The translations under genes and the position numbers were made by a program. The notes beneath the pieces were generated by a model that saw nothing but the letters and a program-made list of their open reading frames with translations, had not been told where the DNA came from and made no database searches. This document shows positions 12,266 through 20,982 of a stretch of 64,000 nt of DNA, in pieces. The stretch is taken from positions 1-64,000 of the IMG/VR virus record IMGVR_UViG_3300046777_002716; one strand, 5' to 3'. Each line of letters opens with the position of its first letter. The first letter of the stretch is position 1. Source of the DNA: a virus.

Positions 12266-12302
12266 AATAATCTCCAATAAAAATAAGATATGTGTATATA
12301 TG

Positions 12303-12710
12303 CTAGTTTTTAGGGCAGTTTTCTATCCAGGGGGCACATAACCTCATTTCACCACCCAAAGATTTACATTCTTCAGTATAGCAAACAGAAGAATCTACTG
12401 GTTTCTCGGAGAATATTGGAGCAGGAACTTCTGCTGGTTTTTCGCCAGTCTGTCTCCAATAATCCTCAATTGCTCTATCAACATCCCTCTTGATTCTCCT
12501 ATCCAGTTTTTCTGGGTCTTTGATTATAAAATCGTTGAGAATAGTTTGAGGAAAATGTCTTCTTTGGATTTCATCAAATAAGTCCCAAATCTTATTTTCA
12601 GAAATACCCGTGCATTGAGAGAGTGCCGCAATAATAGAAGATAATACTATACCAATTATTACGTACTGCTTTATATCTGGTTTCTTGTTGCCAAAATTAA
12701 ATTTGAACAT
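12303..12710 (-). CDS. Hypothetical membrane-anchored protein
   Basis: N-terminal TM helix; C-terminal Cys cluster. Confidence 0.65.
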   Translation of the reverse strand: MFKFNFGNKKPDIKQYVIIGIVLSSIIAALSQCTGISENKIWDLFDEIQRRHFPQTILNDFIIKDPEKLDRRIKRDVDRAIEDYWRQTGEKPAEVPAPIFSEKPVDSSVCYTEECKSLGGEMRLCAPWIENCPKN

Positions 12711-12753
12711 AAAAAAGGGGAGGTTGCAGCACTCCCCTTATTTATTCAGTTTT

Positions 12754-13425
12754 TTATACTTCAGTGAGAATCATTTTGTTCGCATAGTTATAGGCATAAT
12801 CTGTGCGAGCACCATGATGACCCCAACGAATCCACTTACGGGCAAGACGCATATAGTCATTGATTGTACGACCAGGAGTCTTCATATGTCGTTCAATCAT
12901 TCTCCAGTCAGACTCATTTAACATATAGTCAAGTTGAGTTTCAAGACTGGATGGATTAGCGCCGATTTTGGTAGCGTGTCTTCCAAGACCATTATACCTG
13001 GCAGAATCAGTCCATTGAATTAGACCATATCCACCACTCCTACAACTGTGATAGGAAACTCTAGCACCACCTTCACAAATATTCGGAATGAATGTTGATT
13101 CCTGCCTAATGTTACCCATAATGGTAGCAAGGGCATTTTTGTCATAAATTCCACGGTCTTGCAGGAATGCAAGAGTACGGGATTCATATTTATTACACCC
13201 TTTACAAATAAGTCGCTTTTCTTTTGGTTTTTCGGGAGCAACCTCGCGGATTGCTGTCTTCTTTTCATCTACAAGATCAAACTCTTTAATAATCGAATAA
13301 GGTGCCTTTTCCTCTATTGGAGGAGGGGGACCTTGCATCTTGTAGTTGACGAATGGCAGTGAAGCCGTACTGGTTGTAACCGATGCCAAAAGGGGAACGG
13401 CTACAGTTGTAAAGTTAAAAAGCAT
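12754..13425 (-). CDS. Phage-tail-lysozyme-type cell wall hydrolase
   Basis: ATIMGNIRQES...GYGLIQWT...R...LETQLDYMLNE motif; N-terminal signal-like region. Confidence 0.75.
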   Translation of the reverse strand: MLFNFTTVAVPLLASVTTSTASLPFVNYKMQGPPPPIEEKAPYSIIKEFDLVDEKKTAIREVAPEKPKEKRLICKGCNKYESRTLAFLQDRGIYDKNALATIMGNIRQESTFIPNICEGGARVSYHSCRSGGYGLIQWTDSARYNGLGRHATKIGANPSSLETQLDYMLNESDWRMIERHMKTPGRTINDYMRLARKWIRWGHHGARTDYAYNYANKMILTEV

Positions 13426-13436
13426 TTAAGTTAATT

Positions 13437-13550
13437 GAATTCGGCATCCGTATAAAAGATGGGGTACACCCTTTTCTCAAAGGGCATCTTCCACGGCTCT
13501 AAGTGTCACGATCAAATTCTCATAATAAAAAGAACCTGCTCATAACAGGA
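13437..13550 (-). promoter_or_regulatory. Structured 5' leader of the hydrolase gene
   Basis: GAATTTG/CGAATTC; CCGT-GGAAGATG/CATCTTTT-ATACGG; CCCTTT-GAGA-AAAGGG; TTGACA-17-TATTAT promoter just upstream. Confidence 0.5.
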
Positions 13551-13636
13551 TTTTCATAATAAGTTAATATTTAGTATTTGTCAAGTGTTCGGTTTTCTTA
13601 CTGGTATATCTAAATACAAATAAACAGCAATCAACA

Positions 13637-13828
13637 ATGGCGCGTGAGTGGAATACTCCAAAGCGTGAACCTTGGAACGCACCAATACACCAAATATTAA
13701 AGGCGATAGACAATCATACAAGATTGTGGATGGAAACTGGAGATCTATGGCACAGAGACCAAGCAGAGTACCTTAGATCTTATGTTAATGAATTGAAAAC
13801 CTGGATACACAAAGAAGAGGGTCGTTAG
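13637..13828 (+). CDS. Hypothetical protein (cyanophage type)
   Basis: 63-aa ORF; late promoter CTAAATA upstream. Confidence 0.7.
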   Translation: MAREWNTPKREPWNAPIHQILKAIDNHTRLWMETGDLWHRDQAEYLRSYVNELKTWIHKEEGR

Positions 13829-14295
13829 GACCTCCAGAGTTTTCCTTCTGCTTTCCTTCGTCTTGCAAGTCCCGCCTCAACGTCAGTACCAGGATCTCTA
13901 TAAAGATACAAAGCATTGGGAACTTTATCCCATTCCTTGTTTTTCAAGACCCGTGTAATAGTATCAAAGTTAGGAGCACCATAGAAATCTGCACCAAGAT
14001 TGTAAGCAAAGCAAAGTAGAGCCCCTCTTTGATTGTCATTCATTTCCCCCCAATAAGGTATTTTCCTGAGTTCTGGAAGAAACTCATTTTGGATTTGATA
14101 ATCAAATAGGTCATCTGCTTCTTTTTGTGTAATCTTTTCTCCCAGTTTGAAAGGAGACCCACCCTTTTTACGGGTACTTCCCCATCCTACAGTATAAGGT
14201 TTTCCTTTCGTTTTAGGGTCTGGATAGGCAACTAAATGACAATTTTCAAATTCTTTGATGAGTTCTACTCCAGATTGTGGAATAGAACTATCTAC
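13825..14295 (-). CDS. GH24 lysozyme domain, reachable only in the -1 frame of the upstream ORF
   Basis: Frame open from 14295: VDSSIPQSGVELIKEFENCHLVAYPDPKTKGKPYTVGWGST...GLARRRKAEGKLW; no ATG/GTG/TTG before 14043. Confidence 0.85.
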   Translation of the reverse strand, partial: VDSSIPQSGVELIKEFENCHLVAYPDPKTKGKPYTVGWGSTRKKGGSPFKLGEKITQKEADDLFDYQIQNEFLPELRKIPYWGEMNDNQRGALLCFAYNLGADFYGAPNFDTITRVLKNKEWDKVPNALYLYRDPGTDVEAGLARRRKAEGKLWRS

Positions 14296-14984
14296 TTTTT
14301 TACTGGTTCGAAGATTCTACCCCACCCGTCATTGCCTGCAGGGCACCATCTACGGGCAAGTTCTGAACGCTTGTAGACTGCACCCTTACCGTTCGCTACG
14401 GCACCCGTATATCCGTCATTGAGACTGCCATAGGGGTCGTTGACAACATAATCCCCATTTGGTGTCTTACCAATGACTACAACCATGTGCCCACCAGTAG
14501 GTGCAGAAAGAGGACCCCTGTGTAAGATACCAATAACAACAGGTCTACCGTTGGATAATTCACGATCAAGATCAGAAAAAGTAAGATTGTAACTAAAACG
14601 TGAATTGAGACCATAACCTTGTAGAACACGGGTTTGAACCGCATGATCTGTTGTATCACCAATTGCGAATACTTTGCGAATGTATGCATCATCGCCTTTG
14701 GGTCCTACGAGTGTGCCTGGTTTAATATACTCAAGACACATCGCACAGGCAGATGAATTACAGGTTCTATTTGCGTCTCTATAATTATCTGTCTGTGGAT
14801 AAAATGGTACAGTAAGAATATTGTTCTTTGGAGGTTGTACTTTGGTCCTATAGACCTTCACCCACTCTGCGGTATCATCTAGGAATAGACCAGGCAAAGC
14901 ATTTTCAAGAATCTCAACTGCTTTAACGTGATTAGGATTCTTCTCGTCGTAATACTTGAAAAAATTGTGGAGGTCGATTTTCAT
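14292..14984 (-). CDS. Peptidase C39-like protein (N-terminal part of a frameshifted endolysin)
   Basis: VPFYPQTDN...TCNSSACAM...GGHMVVVIG...VNDPYG (Cys-His-Asp); ends GTA AAA AAG TAG. Confidence 0.8.
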   Translation of the reverse strand: MKIDLHNFFKYYDEKNPNHVKAVEILENALPGLFLDDTAEWVKVYRTKVQPPKNNILTVPFYPQTDNYRDANRTCNSSACAMCLEYIKPGTLVGPKGDDAYIRKVFAIGDTTDHAVQTRVLQGYGLNSRFSYNLTFSDLDRELSNGRPVVIGILHRGPLSAPTGGHMVVVIGKTPNGDYVVNDPYGSLNDGYTGAVANGKGAVYKRSELARRWCPAGNDGWGRIFEPVKK

Positions 14985-14985
14985 T

Positions 14986-15165
14986 TTAGTCCTCTATGTA
15001 TTCTAATGAAAGAATCTCGTGTTCTAAGATATCAACATTAAACCACTCTTTAAATTCAGATTGGATTGCATATGCATCATCAAGATCACCTTCATCACAT
15101 AACGTATGTATGCGGTCCACTGCCCAATCATGGGAGTGACTTAGAACCTCTTCGAGAATAGTCAT
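14986..15165 (-). CDS. Small acidic hypothetical protein (59 aa)
   Basis: MTILEEVLSHSHDWAVDRIHTLC...; CTAAATA late promoter upstream. Confidence 0.6.
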   Translation of the reverse strand: MTILEEVLSHSHDWAVDRIHTLCDEGDLDDAYAIQSEFKEWFNVDILEHEILSLEYIED

Positions 15166-15247
15166 CAGTATTTAGGAATGACACTAGACCCAACTCTAAC
15201 ACAAGTTACCCCATGAGGCAAGGATAAATAAAAAAATAAAAGGAATT

Positions 15248-15685
15248 ATGACTTGGAAATATAATGGTGAGGACTTTATTGAAGTTCCTAAAAAAATGGA
15301 AGGTTTTGTTTATATAATTACCAATATTACTAATGATAGAAAATATATTGGTAAAAAACATTTTTGGACAAGACAAAAAGATAGAAAAACTGGTAGAAGA
15401 AAAACTAAAGAAAGTGATTGGAAAAATTATTATGGTTCTTGTGATGAATTAAATGAAGATGTAAAAAATCTAGGTAAAGATAAATTCATTAGAGAAATAT
15501 TATATCTTTGTCCTCATAAAAAAAGTATGAGTTATTATGAAACCTATGAACAGTTTACTAGAAATGTTCTTATGGATGAAAGTTATTACAATACAAATAT
15601 TGAAGGTAAGTTCTTTGAAAGTGAAAGAACCAATATTTATGAAGCAGTTCTCAAGAGTACCTCATTAGATTTCTTAGTGTCTTAG
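15248..15685 (+). CDS. GIY-YIG nuclease family protein
   Basis: GFVYIITN...RKYIGKK...YYGS...E...YYNTNI. Confidence 0.8.
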   Translation: MTWKYNGEDFIEVPKKMEGFVYIITNITNDRKYIGKKHFWTRQKDRKTGRRKTKESDWKNYYGSCDELNEDVKNLGKDKFIREILYLCPHKKSMSYYETYEQFTRNVLMDESYYNTNIEGKFFESERTNIYEAVLKSTSLDFLVS

Positions 15686-15705
15686 AGAAGCTTATAACCT
15701 ATCCA

Positions 15706-15773
15706 TCAACCGGGACAAAGGTAGTCTAGACAAAAAAAGGGGACTTGTCAAGCCCCCTAGATTATGTTATAAT
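15706..15773. promoter_or_regulatory. Bidirectional promoter cassette, copy 1
   Basis: Minus strand TTGACA-17-TAGACT followed by ACCTTTGTCCCGGTTGA; plus strand TTGTCA-17-TATAAT; matches 53803-53871. Confidence 0.6.
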
Positions 15774-15783
15774 ATCTGTATAA

Positions 15784-17190
15784 TCACCTTACATCAGTTA
15801 CATAATACTCAATAAGATCATCCCATGAGTATTCTGAAAGATTATACCCTTCACTTAGAAGAGAATTAACCCACTCTTGAACCTCTTCTGCAAGCAGAGT
15901 ATCATTATAATCATCAATAATATTTTTTACTGCACTTTCATCCATTTCTAACATAATATAATTTGCTTCTTCAATAGTATCCGCATGACCATAATTAATT
16001 AGATATTCAAGAATAATATCATAAGACTCTTTTGTTGTTTCTTTTTCCATTTTTTTCTTTAATCTTTCATTTTCCTTTTCAATATCTGCCTTTACACTTG
16101 CAGCATCAATCTTTGCTTCTGGATTACCAGTTGTTGGTGTTTGATCTTTCTTTTCACCAGGTGCTGGTTTATCTTTCATCTTTGAAATTTCTTCATATCC
16201 AGATTGACCAGGTTTTACCTTAGTAGCAAGATTTGGATGAAGTCTTGCCCACTTTTGCATTGGAGTTTCACCCGAAGTTTCTTTCTTAGATGCTGGTTTA
16301 GGTGCAGTAGATGCTCCTCCACTTGATGATCCTTTAGAACCATCACCACCGCCAGCAGCACCACCAGAAGATCCAGATCCACCACTTGTTGTTAATGAAG
16401 GTAAAGATATATTTGGTAATCTAATTGTCGGTACTTTTATATCACTTGAAGCACTGGTAGTTGATTTTTGTGGTGCTGCTGGTTTAGAATCTTCTCCAGA
16501 ACCTGCTAGTTTTGCACCAGTATATCCAGCAAGAACACCAGTTCCAGCAACTAAAGAACCCTTGGCAAGATCTTTTACACCCTTAACTGCCTTAGAAATT
16601 CTTGCCTGCTTAATTAGTTCAGTTGCCTGTTTTGGAGATAGATTACCAGTTGGAACCTTGATTCCTGCCTTTGATGCTTTAGATCTGGCAAGTCTTTCAA
16701 CTGCCTGAGCAGTTTTGTTAATATTGGGGCTTTTAGCAAATTGTTTACCAATTCTGCGTTCAACACCAGCAGATGCTGCCTTTTCTACACCTTTCTTGAT
16801 TAGATTTTTCGTACCTTTAGCGGCCTTAACTGCAGCACCTGCACCTCTAGCAAGAAGACCTAAGAAACCACCTGCCTCAAGAATTGTAAACTGCTCTTCA
16901 ACAAATTCGTTATGTACAATCTCTTCAGAAATTGTAGTAACATCACTCATTAAATATTTTTCCAGAATATCTAATTCGTCAGAATTTGCTAGAAATTTAA
17001 CAACAGTCTCTGCAGTATAACCCTCAGAGAACATTGATAAAGATACTGAAAGAATAATATCTTCCGCTAAATCTGCTACTTCCTCATCATAGTATTCAGA
17101 TTCTTCATTTAAAAAATCTTGGTCACTAATATGAATTTGCTCATATAAATGACCAAGATCGTTGATAAAATCTTGAGAAATTTTAGACAT
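15784..17190 (-). CDS. Putative internal virion protein (acidic termini, basic low-complexity core)
   Basis: ILEYLINYGHADTIEEA and EWVNSLLSEGYNLSEYSW motifs shared with paralogues; late promoter. Confidence 0.6.
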   Translation of the reverse strand: MSKISQDFINDLGHLYEQIHISDQDFLNEESEYYDEEVADLAEDIILSVSLSMFSEGYTAETVVKFLANSDELDILEKYLMSDVTTISEEIVHNEFVEEQFTILEAGGFLGLLARGAGAAVKAAKGTKNLIKKGVEKAASAGVERRIGKQFAKSPNINKTAQAVERLARSKASKAGIKVPTGNLSPKQATELIKQARISKAVKGVKDLAKGSLVAGTGVLAGYTGAKLAGSGEDSKPAAPQKSTTSASSDIKVPTIRLPNISLPSLTTSGGSGSSGGAAGGGDGSKGSSSGGASTAPKPASKKETSGETPMQKWARLHPNLATKVKPGQSGYEEISKMKDKPAPGEKKDQTPTTGNPEAKIDAASVKADIEKENERLKKKMEKETTKESYDIILEYLINYGHADTIEEANYIMLEMDESAVKNIIDDYNDTLLAEEVQEWVNSLLSEGYNLSEYSWDDLIEYYVTDVR

Positions 17191-17232
17191 CTTTATAATT
17201 AAAATACTTTTATATGAAAGTATTTATTAAAA

Positions 17233-18438
17233 TCACTTGCCAGGTTGGAATTTAACTCCAAGTGCTTTATTTCTTGCAGTATCTGATGCTCTTGCTTTTT
17301 GAAGTGCTTGCTGTGCTTTCGCGGCATCATGCTTTTTGTATGCTCCAGCAAAAAGTGTTCTACCAACTCTTTCTAATGGATTAGAAGATGTTTTAGCAAG
17401 TGATTGAGCACTTGGTCCTGCTTTATAGACTGCTTTACCACCTTTGAATGCAAGATGTCCAGCAGTTGATTGACCGCCTCTTTGAACTACACCAGTCTTA
17501 GCAAGTTGAACTGTTTTTCTTTGTGATCCAGAACCAGTTGACATAAATGCTGGTCCACCTGGTTTTTTCTGACTGAATGTAGTATTGCCACCAATACCTT
17601 TAACTGCAGTTCCTGCTTGACGCTGGCGATTTGCAGTTGCCATTGCTTTTCTTTCTCTTGCATTAGCACCAGCAACAGTATCAAATGCTTTTTCGGCCGC
17701 AGCAGCGCCTGCCAATGCGCCAGCAGTTCCTGTTACAGCACTACCAATTCCACCACCACCAATCGCTCCAGCAGTTCCTCCTAAAAGACCACCAGCAGCA
17801 ACTGTAGCACCTTTTGCCAAAGATCTTGCCCAACCAGATCCCTTTGCTCTCTCATCCGCTGTAGAAAGTGCAGTATCAAGAGCTGCTGATGCTGGTCCAG
17901 CAATTTTACCAATCTTTGCCCATTTTCCTGCTGGTTTTGCTATTTGTGGAGTTTGAGTAGTTGGTGGTTTTCCTTGACTTGGTACATTTCTTACTCTTTC
18001 AGTTCTTCCAGCACCAGAATTCCTATAAGGTCTTGATGATCTACCTGAAGATGTAGAACTTCTTTTTGGTCCAGGAGAAGATTGAGATTGTTGTGGATTT
18101 TGTGGGGGTGGTGGGGGAGGAGTACCACCTCCAGATCCTCCAGAAGGTTGCTTAGGAGGTGTTTGAGTTCCTTTAGGTGGTGGAGGAGGTGTTTGAGTTC
18201 GTGCCTTATTTCCAGATCTTATATCTTCACCAGAAACATTAGTTTTTTTTGCTCTATTCTTTAATAATTCTTCTTTTGCCTTTCTTCTAGCTTCTTGGCG
18301 AGACTTTTCTTCCCAATTGGGATCTCTCCCCATTTTAGCTTCACGACGACGAATCCTTTCCTGCTCTTCGGGATCAATAGTCGCATAATCTTTAACAGAT
18401 TCTCTTGCTTCAATTATAAACTCGTTAAAACTCTTCAT
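17233..18438 (-). CDS. Putative internal virion protein with a capsid-targeting-like N-terminus
   Basis: MKSFNEFIIEA resembles T4 IPIII MKTYQEFIAE; Pro-rich and Gly/Ala-zipper regions. Confidence 0.6.
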   Translation of the reverse strand: MKSFNEFIIEARESVKDYATIDPEEQERIRRREAKMGRDPNWEEKSRQEARRKAKEELLKNRAKKTNVSGEDIRSGNKARTQTPPPPPKGTQTPPKQPSGGSGGGTPPPPPPQNPQQSQSSPGPKRSSTSSGRSSRPYRNSGAGRTERVRNVPSQGKPPTTQTPQIAKPAGKWAKIGKIAGPASAALDTALSTADERAKGSGWARSLAKGATVAAGGLLGGTAGAIGGGGIGSAVTGTAGALAGAAAAEKAFDTVAGANARERKAMATANRQRQAGTAVKGIGGNTTFSQKKPGGPAFMSTGSGSQRKTVQLAKTGVVQRGGQSTAGHLAFKGGKAVYKAGPSAQSLAKTSSNPLERVGRTLFAGAYKKHDAAKAQQALQKARASDTARNKALGVKFQPGK

Positions 18439-18521
18439 TGGAATTTTTACTTTTTAGATATTTATGAAAAAAGAGGGATATTAACTCCCCCCTTAACTAT
18501 TGTTGTCGATAAGAAAAAATA

Positions 18522-19631
18522 TTAAACTCCTTCAAGTTTCCCCATTGATCTAGCAGATTGTATTGCTTTATATAATGCCTGACCAGTATTTTGTTTTCCT
18601 GGAATTTCAGCATGTGCAGATCCAGATCTTTTAGCATTCTCTTTATCAAATTTATCTCTAACATAATCAATTCTAGCAGTTTGCTCAATAATATTAGATC
18701 TCCACTCTTCACTCATATTTGCCATAATTTGTAGTGCAGATTCCTCACTATCGGCATAACCTTCATCAAGAAGATGACCTTTGATTACATCAAATACATC
18801 GAAGTCTTGTTGGAGAATTGCTGCTCTAGTTGGAGCAGTTCTTTTTGCAGGTGCTGCAGTTCTAGCAGCAAGATTTGGAGTACTTGGTGCAAATGCTGTT
18901 GCAGTTCTTTGTGCTGCTGTTTGCTGTGCTGCAACTTGACTTGGTGCTTGTCCAGTCTGATACCCGAAAGTTCTTTGCATCAAAGGATTTGGAGTTTTTG
19001 CCTGAGTAGATAGCATTGTTGGAGTACCAATTGATGTTCCAACAGGTTTTACTCCAGTTGCACCAGTATAAGATGTTGTTGATGATGCTGCAGGTTTAGG
19101 TGCTGCTGTAGCACCTCTAGAAGGTTGTGCAGCAGGTCTAGCAGCAGCGGCAGGTCTTTGTTGCGCTTGAGTAGCGGGACGGGCAGCAGGAGCGGCAGAA
19201 GGTCGTGCTGGAGCTGCAGGTCTTGCTCCAGGTCTTTGGAAGATTGGTGACATTCCTGGTTGTACTGGTCTACCATTAATTTGGAATCCACCCTTCCCAA
19301 CAGAAAGACCTCTTTGTGGGGCAGCGGGTCTTGCTCCAGGTCTTTGGAAGATTGGTGACATTCTGGTTTGTCCAGATTGAACTGGTCTGCCACCAATTTG
19401 AAATCCACCAGGTCCAATGGAAAGACCACTTTGTGGTGCCTCATTCAAATAGTGCTCATACATCTCTTCCCAGGTATATTCACTTAAATCGTGACCCTCT
19501 CCAACAAGTTGATTTACCCAGTTTTCAAAATCTTCTTTGATTTGCTCTTCGGTGATTTCTTCTTGTGGTGAATAAACTGAAGCGTATGCCTCCATCAAAT
19601 CACTTACCTGGTGCGATGTAATTCTTTCCAT
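18522..19631 (-). CDS. Putative internal virion protein with an internal repeat
   Basis: GLS(I/V)GxGGFQIxGRPVQ..MSPIFQRPGARPAAP repeated twice; shared acidic motifs; TATAAATA promoter. Confidence 0.6.
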   Translation of the reverse strand: MERITSHQVSDLMEAYASVYSPQEEITEEQIKEDFENWVNQLVGEGHDLSEYTWEEMYEHYLNEAPQSGLSIGPGGFQIGGRPVQSGQTRMSPIFQRPGARPAAPQRGLSVGKGGFQINGRPVQPGMSPIFQRPGARPAAPARPSAAPAARPATQAQQRPAAAARPAAQPSRGATAAPKPAASSTTSYTGATGVKPVGTSIGTPTMLSTQAKTPNPLMQRTFGYQTGQAPSQVAAQQTAAQRTATAFAPSTPNLAARTAAPAKRTAPTRAAILQQDFDVFDVIKGHLLDEGYADSEESALQIMANMSEEWRSNIIEQTARIDYVRDKFDKENAKRSGSAHAEIPGKQNTGQALYKAIQSARSMGKLEGV

Positions 19632-19695
19632 TTTGGTTATTACTTTTATTTTTGATACAAGTATTTATAAAAAAAGAGGGTCTAAGACCCTCTTA

Positions 19696-19857
19696 TCACT
19701 TTACATCATCATTTTTCTTTCCTAACCACTCTTTCTCATAATCATAATCACCAAACAAATATTCATCATTTTCTGCCGCTTCTTTGTATGCGTTCAAGAT
19801 TTCCTGTTCGCACCACTCATCATAATTGGAATCCTGAGAAAGTATCTTTGGTAACAT
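19696..19857 (-). CDS. Small acidic hypothetical protein (53 aa)
   Basis: MLPKILSQDSNYDEWCEQEILNAY...; TAATG-coupled. Confidence 0.6.
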   Translation of the reverse strand: MLPKILSQDSNYDEWCEQEILNAYKEAAENDEYLFGDYDYEKEWLGKKNDDVK

Positions 19858-20270
19858 TAGATTATATTAATTCCTGGTTCTAATAATTTATATTCTTTTC
19901 CATTATAAGTAACTCCAGAGTAATATTCAGTATCATTTAGTACAGAAAACATATTATATTTTCTACTATCTTTAAATGGGGTTATATCTATCAAATCTCC
20001 ATAAGTATTTTTCCAAATGCTATGATATATTGCACACCCATAGGTTTCATCATCAATATCTGTAATTAAATAATAACCACTTATTTTTTTCCCACCATAA
20101 GTATTCACGTAATGATTTACATTATTGTGGCAGTTTGCATCAACACATAATGGTTTAGATACTACAGGAACTTTTAACAAAGTATTAGAGAACTTGCAAT
20201 ACTCCTGAAGTTTTACCACACACTTATCTTCTGGTAATGATATTCTAAACTTTCTCAATACTCCATCCAT
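19857..20270 (-). CDS. Hypothetical protein co-inserted with the GIY-YIG endonuclease
   Basis: Likely start MDGVLRK; NCHNNV...HSIW...DITP motif. Confidence 0.55.
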   Translation of the reverse strand: MDGVLRKFRISLPEDKCVVKLQEYCKFSNTLLKVPVVSKPLCVDANCHNNVNHYVNTYGGKKISGYYLITDIDDETYGCAIYHSIWKNTYGDLIDITPFKDSRKYNMFSVLNDTEYYSGVTYNGKEYKLLEPGINII

Positions 20271-20982
20271 TTTTTCTTGGTCCTCTTCTATCATACTTAA
20301 TTGCGGCACTCATAGTAGCATATGAAATATTTTGAGACTTACAAAACTTTTTAAGTTCTCCAAACACCTCAAATTTTTCTCCAGAAGGACTTGTTAGAAG
20401 ATAAGTTACTGATGTATTATTTTTTCTTCCGTTCTTGAATTGTTCCTTTAATGAAGAACTAATCCTTTCAAGAGTTTCTTTAGAATGTTTTTTTCCATAA
20501 TTTGGATTATTTTCTCCAGAAACTTTTAAAGAAGTTTTTTTCTTACTTTCTTCAGTATGAGATTTTCCAGTAAATCCCATATTCCCTCGTTCTTTTTTTG
20601 TTTCCAATCTTTTCTGGATTTGTTCTTCCCATTTATCCCCATATATTTCTTGATATGTTCTTCCTTTTAATTTTGGTGGTCTTGAATTATCACATATATT
20701 TGTTAATATTCCACTCTCATCATACCTAATTCTGCCATATTCTTTTATCAACTGCTCTTCATAATTATAAGCATCATTTTCATTTTCAAAATATTCAACT
20801 ATTTTAATTTCCGGTTCATATCCGTCTTTTCTTATTTTTTGTATTTTATTATATTTTCTCTTATTCTCACTTTTTGCTCTTGATTTTTCAGACAAATGAA
20901 AATAGACCCTATCATCTTTCCCCTTTCCAACATAGAAAGGGAGATTAACTCTTGGGTCTATTAATTCATAAACATAATACAT
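20245..20982 (-). CDS. Free-standing GIY-YIG homing endonuclease with NUMOD3 repeats
   Basis: YYVYELID..FYVGKG..R..H..E; GKSHTEESK and NPNYGKKHSKET; late promoter within an upstream hairpin. Confidence 0.85.
   Translation of the reverse strand: MYYVYELIDPRVNLPFYVGKGKDDRVYFHLSEKSRAKSENKRKYNKIQKIRKDGYEPEIKIVEYFENENDAYNYEEQLIKEYGRIRYDESGILTNICDNSRPPKLKGRTYQEIYGDKWEEQIQKRLETKKERGNMGFTGKSHTEESKKKTSLKVSGENNPNYGKKHSKETLERISSSLKEQFKNGRKNNTSVTYLLTSPSGEKFEVFGELKKFCKSQNISYATMSAAIKYDRRGPRKNGWSIEKV

Noticed and set aside
13825-14043. Stand-alone 72-aa lysozyme as given by the ORF track
   Set aside because: It lacks the catalytic N-terminal region, which lies in the same frame upstream and is best explained by -1 frameshifting.
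14292-14294. Amber read-through or alternative genetic code at the endolysin junction
   Set aside because: The lysozyme is in the -1 frame rather than in frame with the TAG, there is no CTA-anticodon tRNA, and core genes are uninterrupted under the standard code.
19218-19430. Direct repeat as a CRISPR or DNA-level element
   Set aside because: It is an in-frame coding duplication with two copies and no spacer array. No CRISPR array was seen anywhere in the window.
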